In this document: positions 1-8,422 of the stretch, piece after piece
Numbering within the stretch: position 1 is the first letter of the stretch
How the letters are laid out: every line of letters starts with the position of its first letter
NCBI RefSeq assembly: GCF_000829315.1
Contig: NZ_AP013028.1
Coordinates: forward strand, 420,001-452,000
Source: Wolbachia endosymbiont of Cimex lectularius
Lineage (GTDB): Bacteria; Pseudomonadota; Alphaproteobacteria; Rickettsiales; Anaplasmataceae
Reading direction: 5' to 3'
Length of the DNA stretch: 32,000 nucleotides
Position numbers and translations under genes: made by a program
The notes under the pieces: generated by a model
Told to the model about the DNA's origin: nothing
The model's input: the letters and a program-made list of their open reading frames with translations, nothing else
The model's database searches: none

Positions 1-108
1 GTAAAAGAAGTGATAGATATGTTAATTCAACAGGCAAACAATTATATCGAAAACAAATCTGTAGAAGTGGAAAACTCAATCATTAGCAAAGCAAATATCA
101 ACCAATAA
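1..108 (+). CDS. 3' end of an unidentified CDS (partial, runs off window start)
   Basis: Frame 1 is open from base 1 to TAA at 106-108 (...IENKSVEVENSIISKANINQ*). No family recognised. Confidence 0.3.
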   Translation, partial: VKEVIDMLIQQANNYIENKSVEVENSIISKANINQ

Positions 109-212
109 GCAAATCGCCGTAATCGTCCATAATAGGGCATAATCGCCCAGTTTTAATGTAAAATTAACACTGATGAGGTATCTATACATTTTGTTATGTA
201 TGGAGGAATGCT

Positions 213-1412
213 ATGCCTGCTTTACTTGGTAAAAAAAATGTTTTACCCGCTAAAATACAAGAGCTTATTCAATCTTTGAATAATAAAGAAGATTGTGATC
301 TGTGCGGAGCTATATACAACAAGGCAACGAGAAAAAATCATAAAGGTAAAACTCTCACAAAGTACAGAGAGTTATTCGAGCAAGGGACTAGTCCTGAGGT
401 GTTAACTAAATTAGAAAAATCGCTGAGAGAACAAATTGAATTAGAAGAATCACCAGAAGAAAAAAAGGAACATCAAAGACATTACAAGTATTATATCAAA
501 ACCTTTCTTCCACCATTGCTACAAGAAATAACACAATCAAAAGAATTAGAACCAGAAAAAATAGAGCAAGTATTAAGAATAACTTCAGGCATTGTTAAGC
601 AGAGTAGCGAAGAAGAATGCAGGAGCCTCCTTTTAGAGTTGCAAAAAGAAATAATAAAGTCAAAAAGGTCGACAACGTCAAAAGAGCTAATGGCAAAAAA
701 AACGGAAATAGAAGCAACAGTTATGAGACTAATAGCTTCAGATGCTATTAGCAAGATCGTTGGTGAAAATCATCCTAATAACATTATTCAAAATCAAGGC
801 CCTGAAAATTTAGAAATAAATGATGAAGAAGAGTTAGAGAAACCTATAGAAACTCTTGAGCTCAGTGGTGATCCAGGTAGTAGAGCAAGTTCACCCGTAC
901 CGAGTGAGAAAAGCCCACCATCACCAGTAAGTAGGAGTGTAAGCCCAACATTAAACCATGCTAAAAAAGACGCTGGTCCACAAAAAAAAGAAACTAAGCA
1001 ACCAAAGCAGCCTGCAAAAGAAGAGCCAAAGAAGCAAGAAAATAAAATTTCAGGTGACCAAGCAGATCCAATCAGTAATGGTAATCCACAAAAAGAGGAT
1101 GAGAATCAAATGCAACCACCAAAGCAGAATCCAGAAGAAAAGCCAAAGAAGCAAGAAAATGAAAACTCAGAGCCTACAAAGCAACCCAATAACAGAAATT
1201 TTCGCATTGCACTTGCAACAGGTTGCGCTCTCTCTGCAATAGGATGTCTTATTGCCGGAGTGGTGACTTTGGGGATGGTAGGGGCAGGATTGTTGGTTAT
1301 GTCTGTAGTGCTTGCTATAGCAGCAGCAGTCACACGGTATTTAACCCCTCCTTCAAGTGAATTAACATCCACCAATTTGAGTCCTCTTATTGATGATGGT
1401 AAACAGCGGTAA
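213..1412 (+). CDS. hypothetical membrane-anchored protein (charged N-half, P/K/Q/E-rich repeats, C-terminal double-TM hairpin)
   Basis: 399-aa ORF with GGAGG a few nt upstream of the ATG. The region aa ~250-325 is P/K/Q/E-rich, with EEPKKQENK and EEKPKKQENE repeated. A ~43-residue uninterrupted hydrophobic stretch (IALATGCALSAIGCLIAGVVTLGMVGAGLLVMSVVLAIAAAVT) is split by a Gly-rich turn. No family recognised. Confidence 0.6.
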   Translation: MPALLGKKNVLPAKIQELIQSLNNKEDCDLCGAIYNKATRKNHKGKTLTKYRELFEQGTSPEVLTKLEKSLREQIELEESPEEKKEHQRHYKYYIKTFLPPLLQEITQSKELEPEKIEQVLRITSGIVKQSSEEECRSLLLELQKEIIKSKRSTTSKELMAKKTEIEATVMRLIASDAISKIVGENHPNNIIQNQGPENLEINDEEELEKPIETLELSGDPGSRASSPVPSEKSPPSPVSRSVSPTLNHAKKDAGPQKKETKQPKQPAKEEPKKQENKISGDQADPISNGNPQKEDENQMQPPKQNPEEKPKKQENENSEPTKQPNNRNFRIALATGCALSAIGCLIAGVVTLGMVGAGLLVMSVVLAIAAAVTRYLTPPSSELTSTNLSPLIDDGKQR

Positions 1413-1456
1413 AAATTAAATATATGTTACTCGTAGTGAACAAACAAATTCAGTTC

Positions 1457-1485
1457 TTGCCTGTTGATGTGAAAGTTGTTATAAT
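1457..1485 (+). promoter_or_regulatory. sigma70-like promoter candidate TTGCCT-N17-TATAAT
   Basis: TTGCCT at 1457-1462, a 17-nt spacer, then TATAAT at 1480-1485, about 25 nt upstream of the 1511/1514 start. It sits in the only sizeable gap before the 1511-7219 gene string. Confidence 0.45.
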
Positions 1486-1510
1486 CAGGTGGTGTTTAAA
1501 AGGTATTTAG

Positions 1511-1876
1511 TTGATGCGCATTCAATTGAATAGAGTTTTAGTTTTTATAGCCCTATTAAGCTTCATTTTTACATCATACTCAGGCGAGGCGATTCCAGTG
1601 GATAATGAACTAAAGGATATACAAGAAACGGTAAAAAATTTTATTTCTTCATTTTCAGTTAAGGATACCTTAGAAAATATGAGTCCTTCGACAATCATAG
1701 GATTATGTATAGCTGCAGTGATACTTGCAATATTGTTTAGGGGCCTGATCTTTTTCATGATAATGTTTGGTGTACTGGTCATGATGTTTGGTAGCACGGA
1801 AAGGGCAACTGACTACTTGAAAGAGAAGTTTAGTTTTGTAAAAGTAAAACCTGACAACGAAAAAGATAAAAATTAA
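1511..1876 (+). CDS. small exported double-TM protein, VirB2 (T-pilin)-like candidate
   Basis: 121 aa (TTG 1511, ATG 1514). It has an N-terminal signal-like segment (RVLVFIALLSFIFTSYSGEA), a ~35-aa polar spacer, then two adjacent hydrophobic helices (TIIGLCIAAVILAILFRGLIFFMIMFGVLVMMFG). The gene ends 35 nt upstream of a VirB4 homolog. This architecture fits TrbC/VirB2 pilins and does not fit VirB3. The call rests on topology only; I recognised no motif-level match. Confidence 0.45.
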   Translation: MMRIQLNRVLVFIALLSFIFTSYSGEAIPVDNELKDIQETVKNFISSFSVKDTLENMSPSTIIGLCIAAVILAILFRGLIFFMIMFGVLVMMFGSTERATDYLKEKFSFVKVKPDNEKDKN

Positions 1877-1911
1877 GTATCACTGCCTTTATTGAACGCA
1901 CATGATGTTGT

Positions 1912-4266
1912 ATGCAGCCAAAAATACCAGCAATTAACACTAAGCTTGAAAAAAAGAATAATCTAGCATTATTAGAAAGCATTGATTTAGACTTTATCCC
2001 TTACGCTTGTCATTATGATGAGGAAACCATACTAACAAAACAGGGAGAATTATTAAAAATAATCAAGTTAGAAGATTATTCCTCTGCTGATAATTACAGC
2101 GACCTTAGAACTGAAATTAGAAAAAGCATATCAAAAAATATCGATAGCTTATATTTCACTGTTTGGATTCATACTGCCCGAAAGCGCAATAAACTGAGCT
2201 TAAAATGGAACAAAACTGGAGACTTTTCTGATAAACTACATTCAACGTGGCTTAATAAACTCACTGATAGTAAACTGCAGTATATAAACGAGTTATACAT
2301 CGTAGTATTATTTAGCGATTTTGGCGAGCATACTAATAATTCATTTTTTCTGAGTAGAATAAAAAATCAGCATAAACTGTCTCTACAAGAAAACCATCGG
2401 GAATTACAAAGGGTAACTAATTTAATTCAAAGTGATTTGGAGCCTTTCGGAGCTAAAAAGCTGGGCCTAAGGTTTAGTGAGTGTAAAATGTATTCTGAAA
2501 TGATGGAATTTCTCCATTATATTGTTACGTTAACACGCAAAGACTACCCAATATGTGAAAGGGATCTGTCGCAACATGTTGAAAACTTAAAGGTAGCTTT
2601 TGGTTTTAACACATTTCAAACAACATTTGAAAATCAACAGAAATTTGGTTCTATTTTTTGTATAAAGGAATATCGGGAAATCCCTTTAGAAAATATAGAT
2701 AGGTGTTTACAACTTGACTCTGAGTTTATTATTACAGAAATAATAATATTCACTAGTAATAACAAAGCAGTCAAAGAATTCAAAAAACAAATCAATATGC
2801 TGCAAGTCAGTGAGGACAGTATCTTACTTCAAAACCCAGAAATCAAAGAAATAATAGAACTGGAAAAAACTTCTGCTATAGACTTTTGTCAACAGAAAAT
2901 TATTTTCACAATTTTTGCTGACGATAGAAAGAGACTAGCTGAAAACATCAGCGATTTGTCCGCAGTAATGTCGTTAGTTGGTTTGATGATGTTTAGAGCT
3001 GATCTACATATGAAAGATCATTTTTGGGCACAACTTCCAGGCAATTTTACTTTTGTTACACAACCGAAAAATATATTAAAAAAATATGCCTGCAGCTTTG
3101 CTATGCTACATGATTTTAGGTCAGGTACATTAAAAGGAGGAAGGTGGAAGGAAGCAGTAACGGTCTTTTTCTCAAAAAAAGGGTGCCCTTACTTTTTTAA
3201 TTTTCATGGAAAGAAAAACAATGGTCATACTACGATACTTGGCGCTCCGAATTCAGGCAGAACTTCACTAATTAATTTCCTGTTGTCAGAGTCAAGAAAA
3301 TTTGATCCTAGAATTGTCATATTAGACAACACCGGAAAGTCAATAATTTTTACTAAAGCGGTGAGCGGTAAATATTACATAATTGATCCAAAATATAAAA
3401 ATAAAAGCTTGAAATTTAATCCACTAAACATTGAAGGTAGTGCTTCCAATCGCAATATGCTAGTTGAACTGATCAAAAGAATGGTGGCTGATACAAACTC
3501 GGTGGATGTGGAGGAGAAGATAAAAAAAATTGTAGATTCTATATTTGCTATACCAAGGGAGTCGCGTTCTATTTCACAAATTTCTGAAGTGCTCTTACTC
3601 CTTGGGGGCAAGATAAGTAAATGGTGCAATGATGGTGAGTTTGCTTATTTATTTCAAGATGGTGATGAATCAGACATTGATTGGGAAATGAGAACTATAT
3701 CTCTCAATACTGCAAACCTTACGAAACGAAAGGAATGTATGTCCGTGATACTTTACTATTTCTTATACTCTTTTGAAGCAAAATGTGATGGCTCGCCTGC
3801 AATACTTGTTTTGGATGAAGCATGGGAGATAAGTAATATTTTTCCTACGGAGAAAGAGTTTGATAACTGGATGCACAGGATGACAAAATTAAATGTTGTG
3901 GTAATTCTAAGTACTGAAAACTTGAACCTGGCATTTGCTAGCAAATTTACTCAATATCTAGATAAACACGTTGATACAAGGATTTTGATGCCGAACGTCA
4001 ATGCAAATAGGTTATACATGAAAGCATTTTCTCTATCGAAAGAGGAACTAAACATAATCCTGCAAACACCAACGCAAGAAGGTTTGTTTTTGATAAAACA
4101 ATACAAAGGACTAGTAACTTTAAATTTAGATTTGAAAGATATGCAAGAAATACACATACTTTCAGCTAATAAAGATACTATAAAGTATATGTACGAAGCA
4201 ATAAAAGAAAAAGGGGAAGAAGTTAGTAAGTGGTTACCGGTGTTTTATGAAAAGTGTAAGGCTTAA
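1912..4266 (+). CDS. virB4: VirB4/CagE/TrbE-family type IV secretion ATPase, divergent paralog (rvhB4-II-like) with degenerate Walker A
   Basis: 784 aa. The N-terminal layout is VirB4-like (FIPYACHYDEETILTKQGELLKIIKLEDY). The P-loop position reads GHTTILGAPNSGRTSLINFLL (3241-3267), with Arg where the canonical Lys of GKT/S sits. Walker B/DEAW is intact (ILVLDEAWE, ~3802-3828). The later ST-E-N replaces the usual TQS-type motif. Confidence 0.85.
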   Translation: MQPKIPAINTKLEKKNNLALLESIDLDFIPYACHYDEETILTKQGELLKIIKLEDYSSADNYSDLRTEIRKSISKNIDSLYFTVWIHTARKRNKLSLKWNKTGDFSDKLHSTWLNKLTDSKLQYINELYIVVLFSDFGEHTNNSFFLSRIKNQHKLSLQENHRELQRVTNLIQSDLEPFGAKKLGLRFSECKMYSEMMEFLHYIVTLTRKDYPICERDLSQHVENLKVAFGFNTFQTTFENQQKFGSIFCIKEYREIPLENIDRCLQLDSEFIITEIIIFTSNNKAVKEFKKQINMLQVSEDSILLQNPEIKEIIELEKTSAIDFCQQKIIFTIFADDRKRLAENISDLSAVMSLVGLMMFRADLHMKDHFWAQLPGNFTFVTQPKNILKKYACSFAMLHDFRSGTLKGGRWKEAVTVFFSKKGCPYFFNFHGKKNNGHTTILGAPNSGRTSLINFLLSESRKFDPRIVILDNTGKSIIFTKAVSGKYYIIDPKYKNKSLKFNPLNIEGSASNRNMLVELIKRMVADTNSVDVEEKIKKIVDSIFAIPRESRSISQISEVLLLLGGKISKWCNDGEFAYLFQDGDESDIDWEMRTISLNTANLTKRKECMSVILYYFLYSFEAKCDGSPAILVLDEAWEISNIFPTEKEFDNWMHRMTKLNVVVILSTENLNLAFASKFTQYLDKHVDTRILMPNVNANRLYMKAFSLSKEELNIILQTPTQEGLFLIKQYKGLVTLNLDLKDMQEIHILSANKDTIKYMYEAIKEKGEEVSKWLPVFYEKCKA

Positions 4267-7219
4267 CTTTTTATTTATATTCCTCTTGACATTTGGTCTT
4301 TCGTATCAGGGATATGCTGAGTGTCCATCTCTCGTATGGAGTAATACTCATACCGAGGCAAATTTAAGTAAGACAGGTAAAGGTATTAAGAACTTTTTTC
4401 GTGGCAAGTGGGATGACTTGGATTTCGACGAAAAATTATTGCAGTATATTAAAGTCAAAGCAGTGAAAGATCAAGGAATTGGTGGTTACTTTAACCCGAA
4501 AATTAGAGTATGTGATTATGAAGGAGATAATTGTCATGAATTGTACAGTAGAACGTCTTGTCAAAAAATATATGGAACACAAGGGAGTGGAGCTGGAGTT
4601 TCAGCAGCAGTTTTTATAGACTGGGAAGGAGATAAAACAAGAGCTGGAGGAGAAATTGTTCAGGGTCTTGAATGGGAATGGGCAGAAGGTGTCACTGATG
4701 AAGAAAAAGTAAAATTTGCTAATTCTCCTAAGATATGCGCTTGTAGCCAAAAGAGCGCTTGCCTGAGTGGTGCTTCTGCAACTTTTGCTAGGTGGGGTCA
4801 AGGAGCGAATATTTTCCGCCCTGGAGAAATGGCAAAAGTTTGTGATACTTGTTTGTGGAGTCAAGGGAAACAAAAAATAAAATGTGCCCCTGTACCACTT
4901 GCACCTGGCCCACCTCCGTTCTGTGAACAACTTGCGATGTCACCTCCACAGGTTAGAATTGTTCCTATAACAAATGAAAAAAATGATTACTTTGATCTTA
5001 GGGTTAAGGTAATAATTGGTGACCTAATAGGAAAAGACGGAGAAATCGGAGAAAAGTTAGATTTTCCAAGAGAGTACAAAAAGGATAAGGCTGGGGAGAG
5101 CCCTACTCCGGGTGAAGTTAGGGAGCATTCTATTTTAGATAGAGATGGTACTACACACTACTTTGAAACGTACAGAAAAAAAAATAAACTCTGCACTGAA
5201 TACCGCGGTACCGAAAAGGAGGAATCTAAAAGAAGATTGCAATTTCCTGCTCGTTGTTTTCCGGTGCCACCTGCTCCAGAGCCTGAAGTAGTGGAGATAG
5301 TAAATGAAAATACGTTAAAAATAAAAGTAGAGATGAGCAGAAAAAGTTGCATGAAACAAGTAAATAGAAGTTATAGTGATGGCTATTGTACTTTCGAGAT
5401 CAGTTTTAATGCTAGTGAAGATAGGAAAAAAATTGACCCACGGTCTTTTAGAGTGATAAAACCAAGAATAATTAAAAAAACAACTAAGAATAGTAATGAT
5501 GAAAGTAACATCACTGATGTTATAGAAGGTATATTAAGAAAGAATCCTCAGTTTGCAATTTTGGAAAAATATGGGCTTACTCCTAATATTGGGATCCAGT
5601 TTCCTAATGGTGAGGATTACAGTATAACAAATCCTGACAAATCCAGTAAAAAAGGACCAACTAATTTGGAATTAGATGATATGGGACTACCAAAAATAGA
5701 AGTAAGGTACATGAGAGTAAAGGATCAAGCAAACTCTAAAAGAAAAATGCTTTGTCTTTCTGGTTGGAAGCCAGAACCAGAAGAGTTTGTACTTAAAAGA
5801 GGTGAGGAGGGAGAAAGTAAGATAATATCATTAAAATCAATGGGGGCAAGGTACGTTAAGTACAATACTGTTTATTCAAAGGAGTCGAATCAACTTTATT
5901 ATTTCCCTTGCAACGAAACAACTAATGTTTTGGCAAAGCCACAGGGCGAGCTAGATAAAATAATATTCAATAAGCGGGGATATATTTCCATTCCTGAAGA
6001 AAATATGAATAGAAGCAATTGCATTGCGGAAAAGGATGACGAAATGGATACAAAACAGAATTGCAACAAATGCAAGATAGTGTATAAATTAATAGATGGA
6101 AAGCGTAAGGAAAAATGTGAACAAGGTCAAGATGGCTGTCTCTGCTCAGGTAAAGCATGTAGCCGCTCAACACAATACTTGAACAAAAAAGGCGAGCCAT
6201 TTTATTTAAGGTACGAGGAAGTGGATTGTAAAGATAAGGATGGTAAAACACTAAAAAACGAAAAAGGTGAAATACAAAAGTGCACACAATTGAAAGATCA
6301 ACTGGTTAAAGCAAACAGACCAGAGGTTTTTTATGCTGATAAATTGTGTAGGCTTGACTTGGCAGGTTTAAAAGCGAAATTGAAAGAAATAATCAAGAAG
6401 CAGTTAGAAAAGAAGAAACAAGATATTGAAGAGAAGGATCGGAAAACTTATGATCTTGGAGATGGCTATACAGATGACTTGTCGCAATATGATTATGTTG
6501 AAATAGAGGCATGGGGAGGTGGTGAAGCAGGTCATATAAAAAACACTGCTCACTCTACAGAAAGTAGACCAGGAATGCCAGGAGATTATATTAAAGCTAA
6601 ACTAAAAATTGATCCTAATCACCCTGTGATTAAAGTTAAAGTTACGGAAGGAGGAGGTGGACAAGAAGATAGTCTATCAAACAAGGATGGAGGGCCAACT
6701 TGGATAGAAATGTGTAATTCGTACAGGCAAGATTGCCAGCCATTAATTACTGTTGCTGGTGGGGGTAAATACAGAACCTATGGGGGAAGGGATTACACAG
6801 ATACAATAATTCATGAACAAAATTTAAAGCTAGAAGAGGAAATTACGAAAGGAGATAAGCTAAGTTCTACTGAAGATAATAAAATAGCATATATAGATGA
6901 TGGTGAGATCAAGTATAAAAACGTAACAGAATGCAATAAAAGCTATGCTAATAAGACACATGGTGCTGGTGGTTGTGTTAATAAAGATAATGGAAGTTAT
7001 AGTAAAGGCTCTCCTGGTTATGCGAAGATTAAATCTATGTTTGACAAGATTGATGAAAGTAAAATAAATGTTGCTGTTGATGAGATGGTAGACAATCTAA
7101 AAGATATTACAATTGATGATTCTTTAATAAATAAACTTGATCACGATATAATTGATACAATTAAAGAAGAAATTAGAAAAGAATTGTTAGGGTCAGAGCC
7201 AAAAGGTTCTAAATCGTAG
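4247..7219 (+). CDS. secreted Cys-rich 990-aa protein with C-terminal Gly-rich (GGG-motif) domain, function unknown
   Basis: The ATG at 4247 overlaps the virB4 stop (4264-4266) by 20 nt. The signal peptide reads MKSVRLNFLFIFLLTFGLSYQGYA|EC, and there are many Cys residues. The motif C-x-P-V-P-x-A-P-x-P occurs twice (~4883-4918 and ~5246-5288). The C-terminal ~180 aa carry spaced Gly clusters: AWGGGEAG, PGMPGDY, VTEGGGGQ, TVAGGGKY, HGAGGC, GSPGY. Confidence 0.7.
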   Translation: MKSVRLNFLFIFLLTFGLSYQGYAECPSLVWSNTHTEANLSKTGKGIKNFFRGKWDDLDFDEKLLQYIKVKAVKDQGIGGYFNPKIRVCDYEGDNCHELYSRTSCQKIYGTQGSGAGVSAAVFIDWEGDKTRAGGEIVQGLEWEWAEGVTDEEKVKFANSPKICACSQKSACLSGASATFARWGQGANIFRPGEMAKVCDTCLWSQGKQKIKCAPVPLAPGPPPFCEQLAMSPPQVRIVPITNEKNDYFDLRVKVIIGDLIGKDGEIGEKLDFPREYKKDKAGESPTPGEVREHSILDRDGTTHYFETYRKKNKLCTEYRGTEKEESKRRLQFPARCFPVPPAPEPEVVEIVNENTLKIKVEMSRKSCMKQVNRSYSDGYCTFEISFNASEDRKKIDPRSFRVIKPRIIKKTTKNSNDESNITDVIEGILRKNPQFAILEKYGLTPNIGIQFPNGEDYSITNPDKSSKKGPTNLELDDMGLPKIEVRYMRVKDQANSKRKMLCLSGWKPEPEEFVLKRGEEGESKIISLKSMGARYVKYNTVYSKESNQLYYFPCNETTNVLAKPQGELDKIIFNKRGYISIPEENMNRSNCIAEKDDEMDTKQNCNKCKIVYKLIDGKRKEKCEQGQDGCLCSGKACSRSTQYLNKKGEPFYLRYEEVDCKDKDGKTLKNEKGEIQKCTQLKDQLVKANRPEVFYADKLCRLDLAGLKAKLKEIIKKQLEKKKQDIEEKDRKTYDLGDGYTDDLSQYDYVEIEAWGGGEAGHIKNTAHSTESRPGMPGDYIKAKLKIDPNHPVIKVKVTEGGGGQEDSLSNKDGGPTWIEMCNSYRQDCQPLITVAGGGKYRTYGGRDYTDTIIHEQNLKLEEEITKGDKLSSTEDNKIAYIDDGEIKYKNVTECNKSYANKTHGAGGCVNKDNGSYSKGSPGYAKIKSMFDKIDESKINVAVDEMVDNLKDITIDDSLINKLDHDIIDTIKEEIRKELLGSEPKGSKS

Positions 7220-7353
7220 CTTAAAGTGTCTTAACATCATGAATTTTGCCTCTTACTTTAATAATTAATTAAAGTAAATCACGTATTAATTTGCTATTCA
7301 GTTTAATTGCTATATTTTAACAAAAAGGTACAGCTAATGTAAGGGGGTGCTTT

Positions 7354-7965
7354 ATGTCTCTGAGTAATAAGATTTCTGGGCTAATAGAACAACAATTTAA
7401 CATTAAAAACCATGATAACTATTTGGCTTACGCTATACACAAGTGGGCTGCAAGTGAAATGTCCGATTCCATTGCTCTTTGTATAACTGGCAGTGGCGAA
7501 TGCAAGATCAAGTATCAAGACATTGCAAATTCATTCAACATAACAAAAGAGGAAATTGACCAGGGTAATATTGAAAGTATAGGAAATAAAATAAGAAGTG
7601 AAGCTGAAAAGGAAGATAGCAAGTTTTCTGAGTTGATTTCTAGAATGGATCAATCGCTAAAAGAGCAGAGTGAAAAGTCTATTATACAAATTTTAAATTC
7701 ATCTGCTGAGGAGATGTTGAGGAGTTTTTGTGGGCAATGCAATAGCTCTGCGGAGGAAAACAGTTCCCCTAGTCTCAAGAAATCAATAATGCACCCTCTG
7801 CTTTACCTGAAGAGCCTACCACAGAAGGTTTGGAAACTACTACCAATCAAGATCCTTTTTCAACCTAATCAACCCCATATATATACTCTTTTTGCACCCA
7901 CGCTTTACGTTTTGAGGAGGATAGCAAGCACCATTTCTCATTGCATTTTTCTATTCTCATTATAA
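7354..7965 (+). CDS. hypothetical protein; 3' end uncertain (possible frameshift near 7773-7790)
   Basis: 203-aa ORF with AAGGGGG upstream of the ATG. The last ~60 codons are low-plausibility sequence that overlaps the convergent SH3 gene by 101 nt. An alternative frame opens at 7773 and ends at TAA 7866-7868 (…NNAPSALPEEPTTEGLETTTNQDPFST*). Confidence 0.45.
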   Translation: MSLSNKISGLIEQQFNIKNHDNYLAYAIHKWAASEMSDSIALCITGSGECKIKYQDIANSFNITKEEIDQGNIESIGNKIRSEAEKEDSKFSELISRMDQSLKEQSEKSIIQILNSSAEEMLRSFCGQCNSSAEENSSPSLKKSIMHPLLYLKSLPQKVWKLLPIKILFQPNQPHIYTLFAPTLYVLRRIASTISHCIFLFSL

Positions 7966-8353
7966 CGTATTCGTCTATTTTCATAGTAATCTTACTGTCC
8001 ATATTCTGTTTTTGATATCCATAAGTATCTTCTTTTATCATCGCGTAGCGCCTGTTATTGAGCAGATTACTTTTTATCCATCCGCAGTCTTCTTTTATAT
8101 CACAGACCTTTTTCCAGTTTTCAAACTCTTCTATCACTTTTAGGGGCAGGTTTTTGCAAGTGTATATCCATATTACAGGATAGTGAAACCCTGGTCCTGT
8201 TCTCATATTGACTTTATTTGATTTTATTGAAACAAAGTTGCTGGCAAACAAGTTAGGACTAAACAATAAAAACAATAGGATAATAGTAGATCTATTTCTG
8301 AACCAAGATCCTAGTGTCACGCACTGGGGTGACGTAAGTGGTTTATTCATCAT
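7865..8353 (-). CDS. exported SH3b-type (DUF1058/YgiM-like) domain protein
   Basis: 162 aa with a hydrophobic signal-like segment (STIILLFLLFSPNLFASNF). This is followed by a bacterial SH3-like pattern (VNMRTGPGFHYPVIWIYTCKNLPLKVIEEFENWKKVCDIKEDCGWIKSNLL) and a second half (YVIMRIEKCNEKWCLLSSSKRKAWVQKEYIYG). Confidence 0.7.
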   Translation of the reverse strand: MMNKPLTSPQCVTLGSWFRNRSTIILLFLLFSPNLFASNFVSIKSNKVNMRTGPGFHYPVIWIYTCKNLPLKVIEEFENWKKVCDIKEDCGWIKSNLLNNRRYAMIKEDTYGYQKQNMDSKITMKIDEYVIMRIEKCNEKWCLLSSSKRKAWVQKEYIYGVD

Positions 8354-8422
8354 AATTCACGATTAGATTGACATAAGATAAAGAGTAAATTAAAAATTGA
8401 ATAGATTTTTAATTTACAATAG

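Noticed and set aside
491-1375. Alternative-frame and antisense ORFs within 213-1412 (491-754 -, 958-1242 +, 1106-1375 -).
   Set aside because: They are nested in a longer ORF that has a good RBS. The Lys-rich 958-1242 peptide is an out-of-frame reading of the AAG/CAA-rich repeat region.
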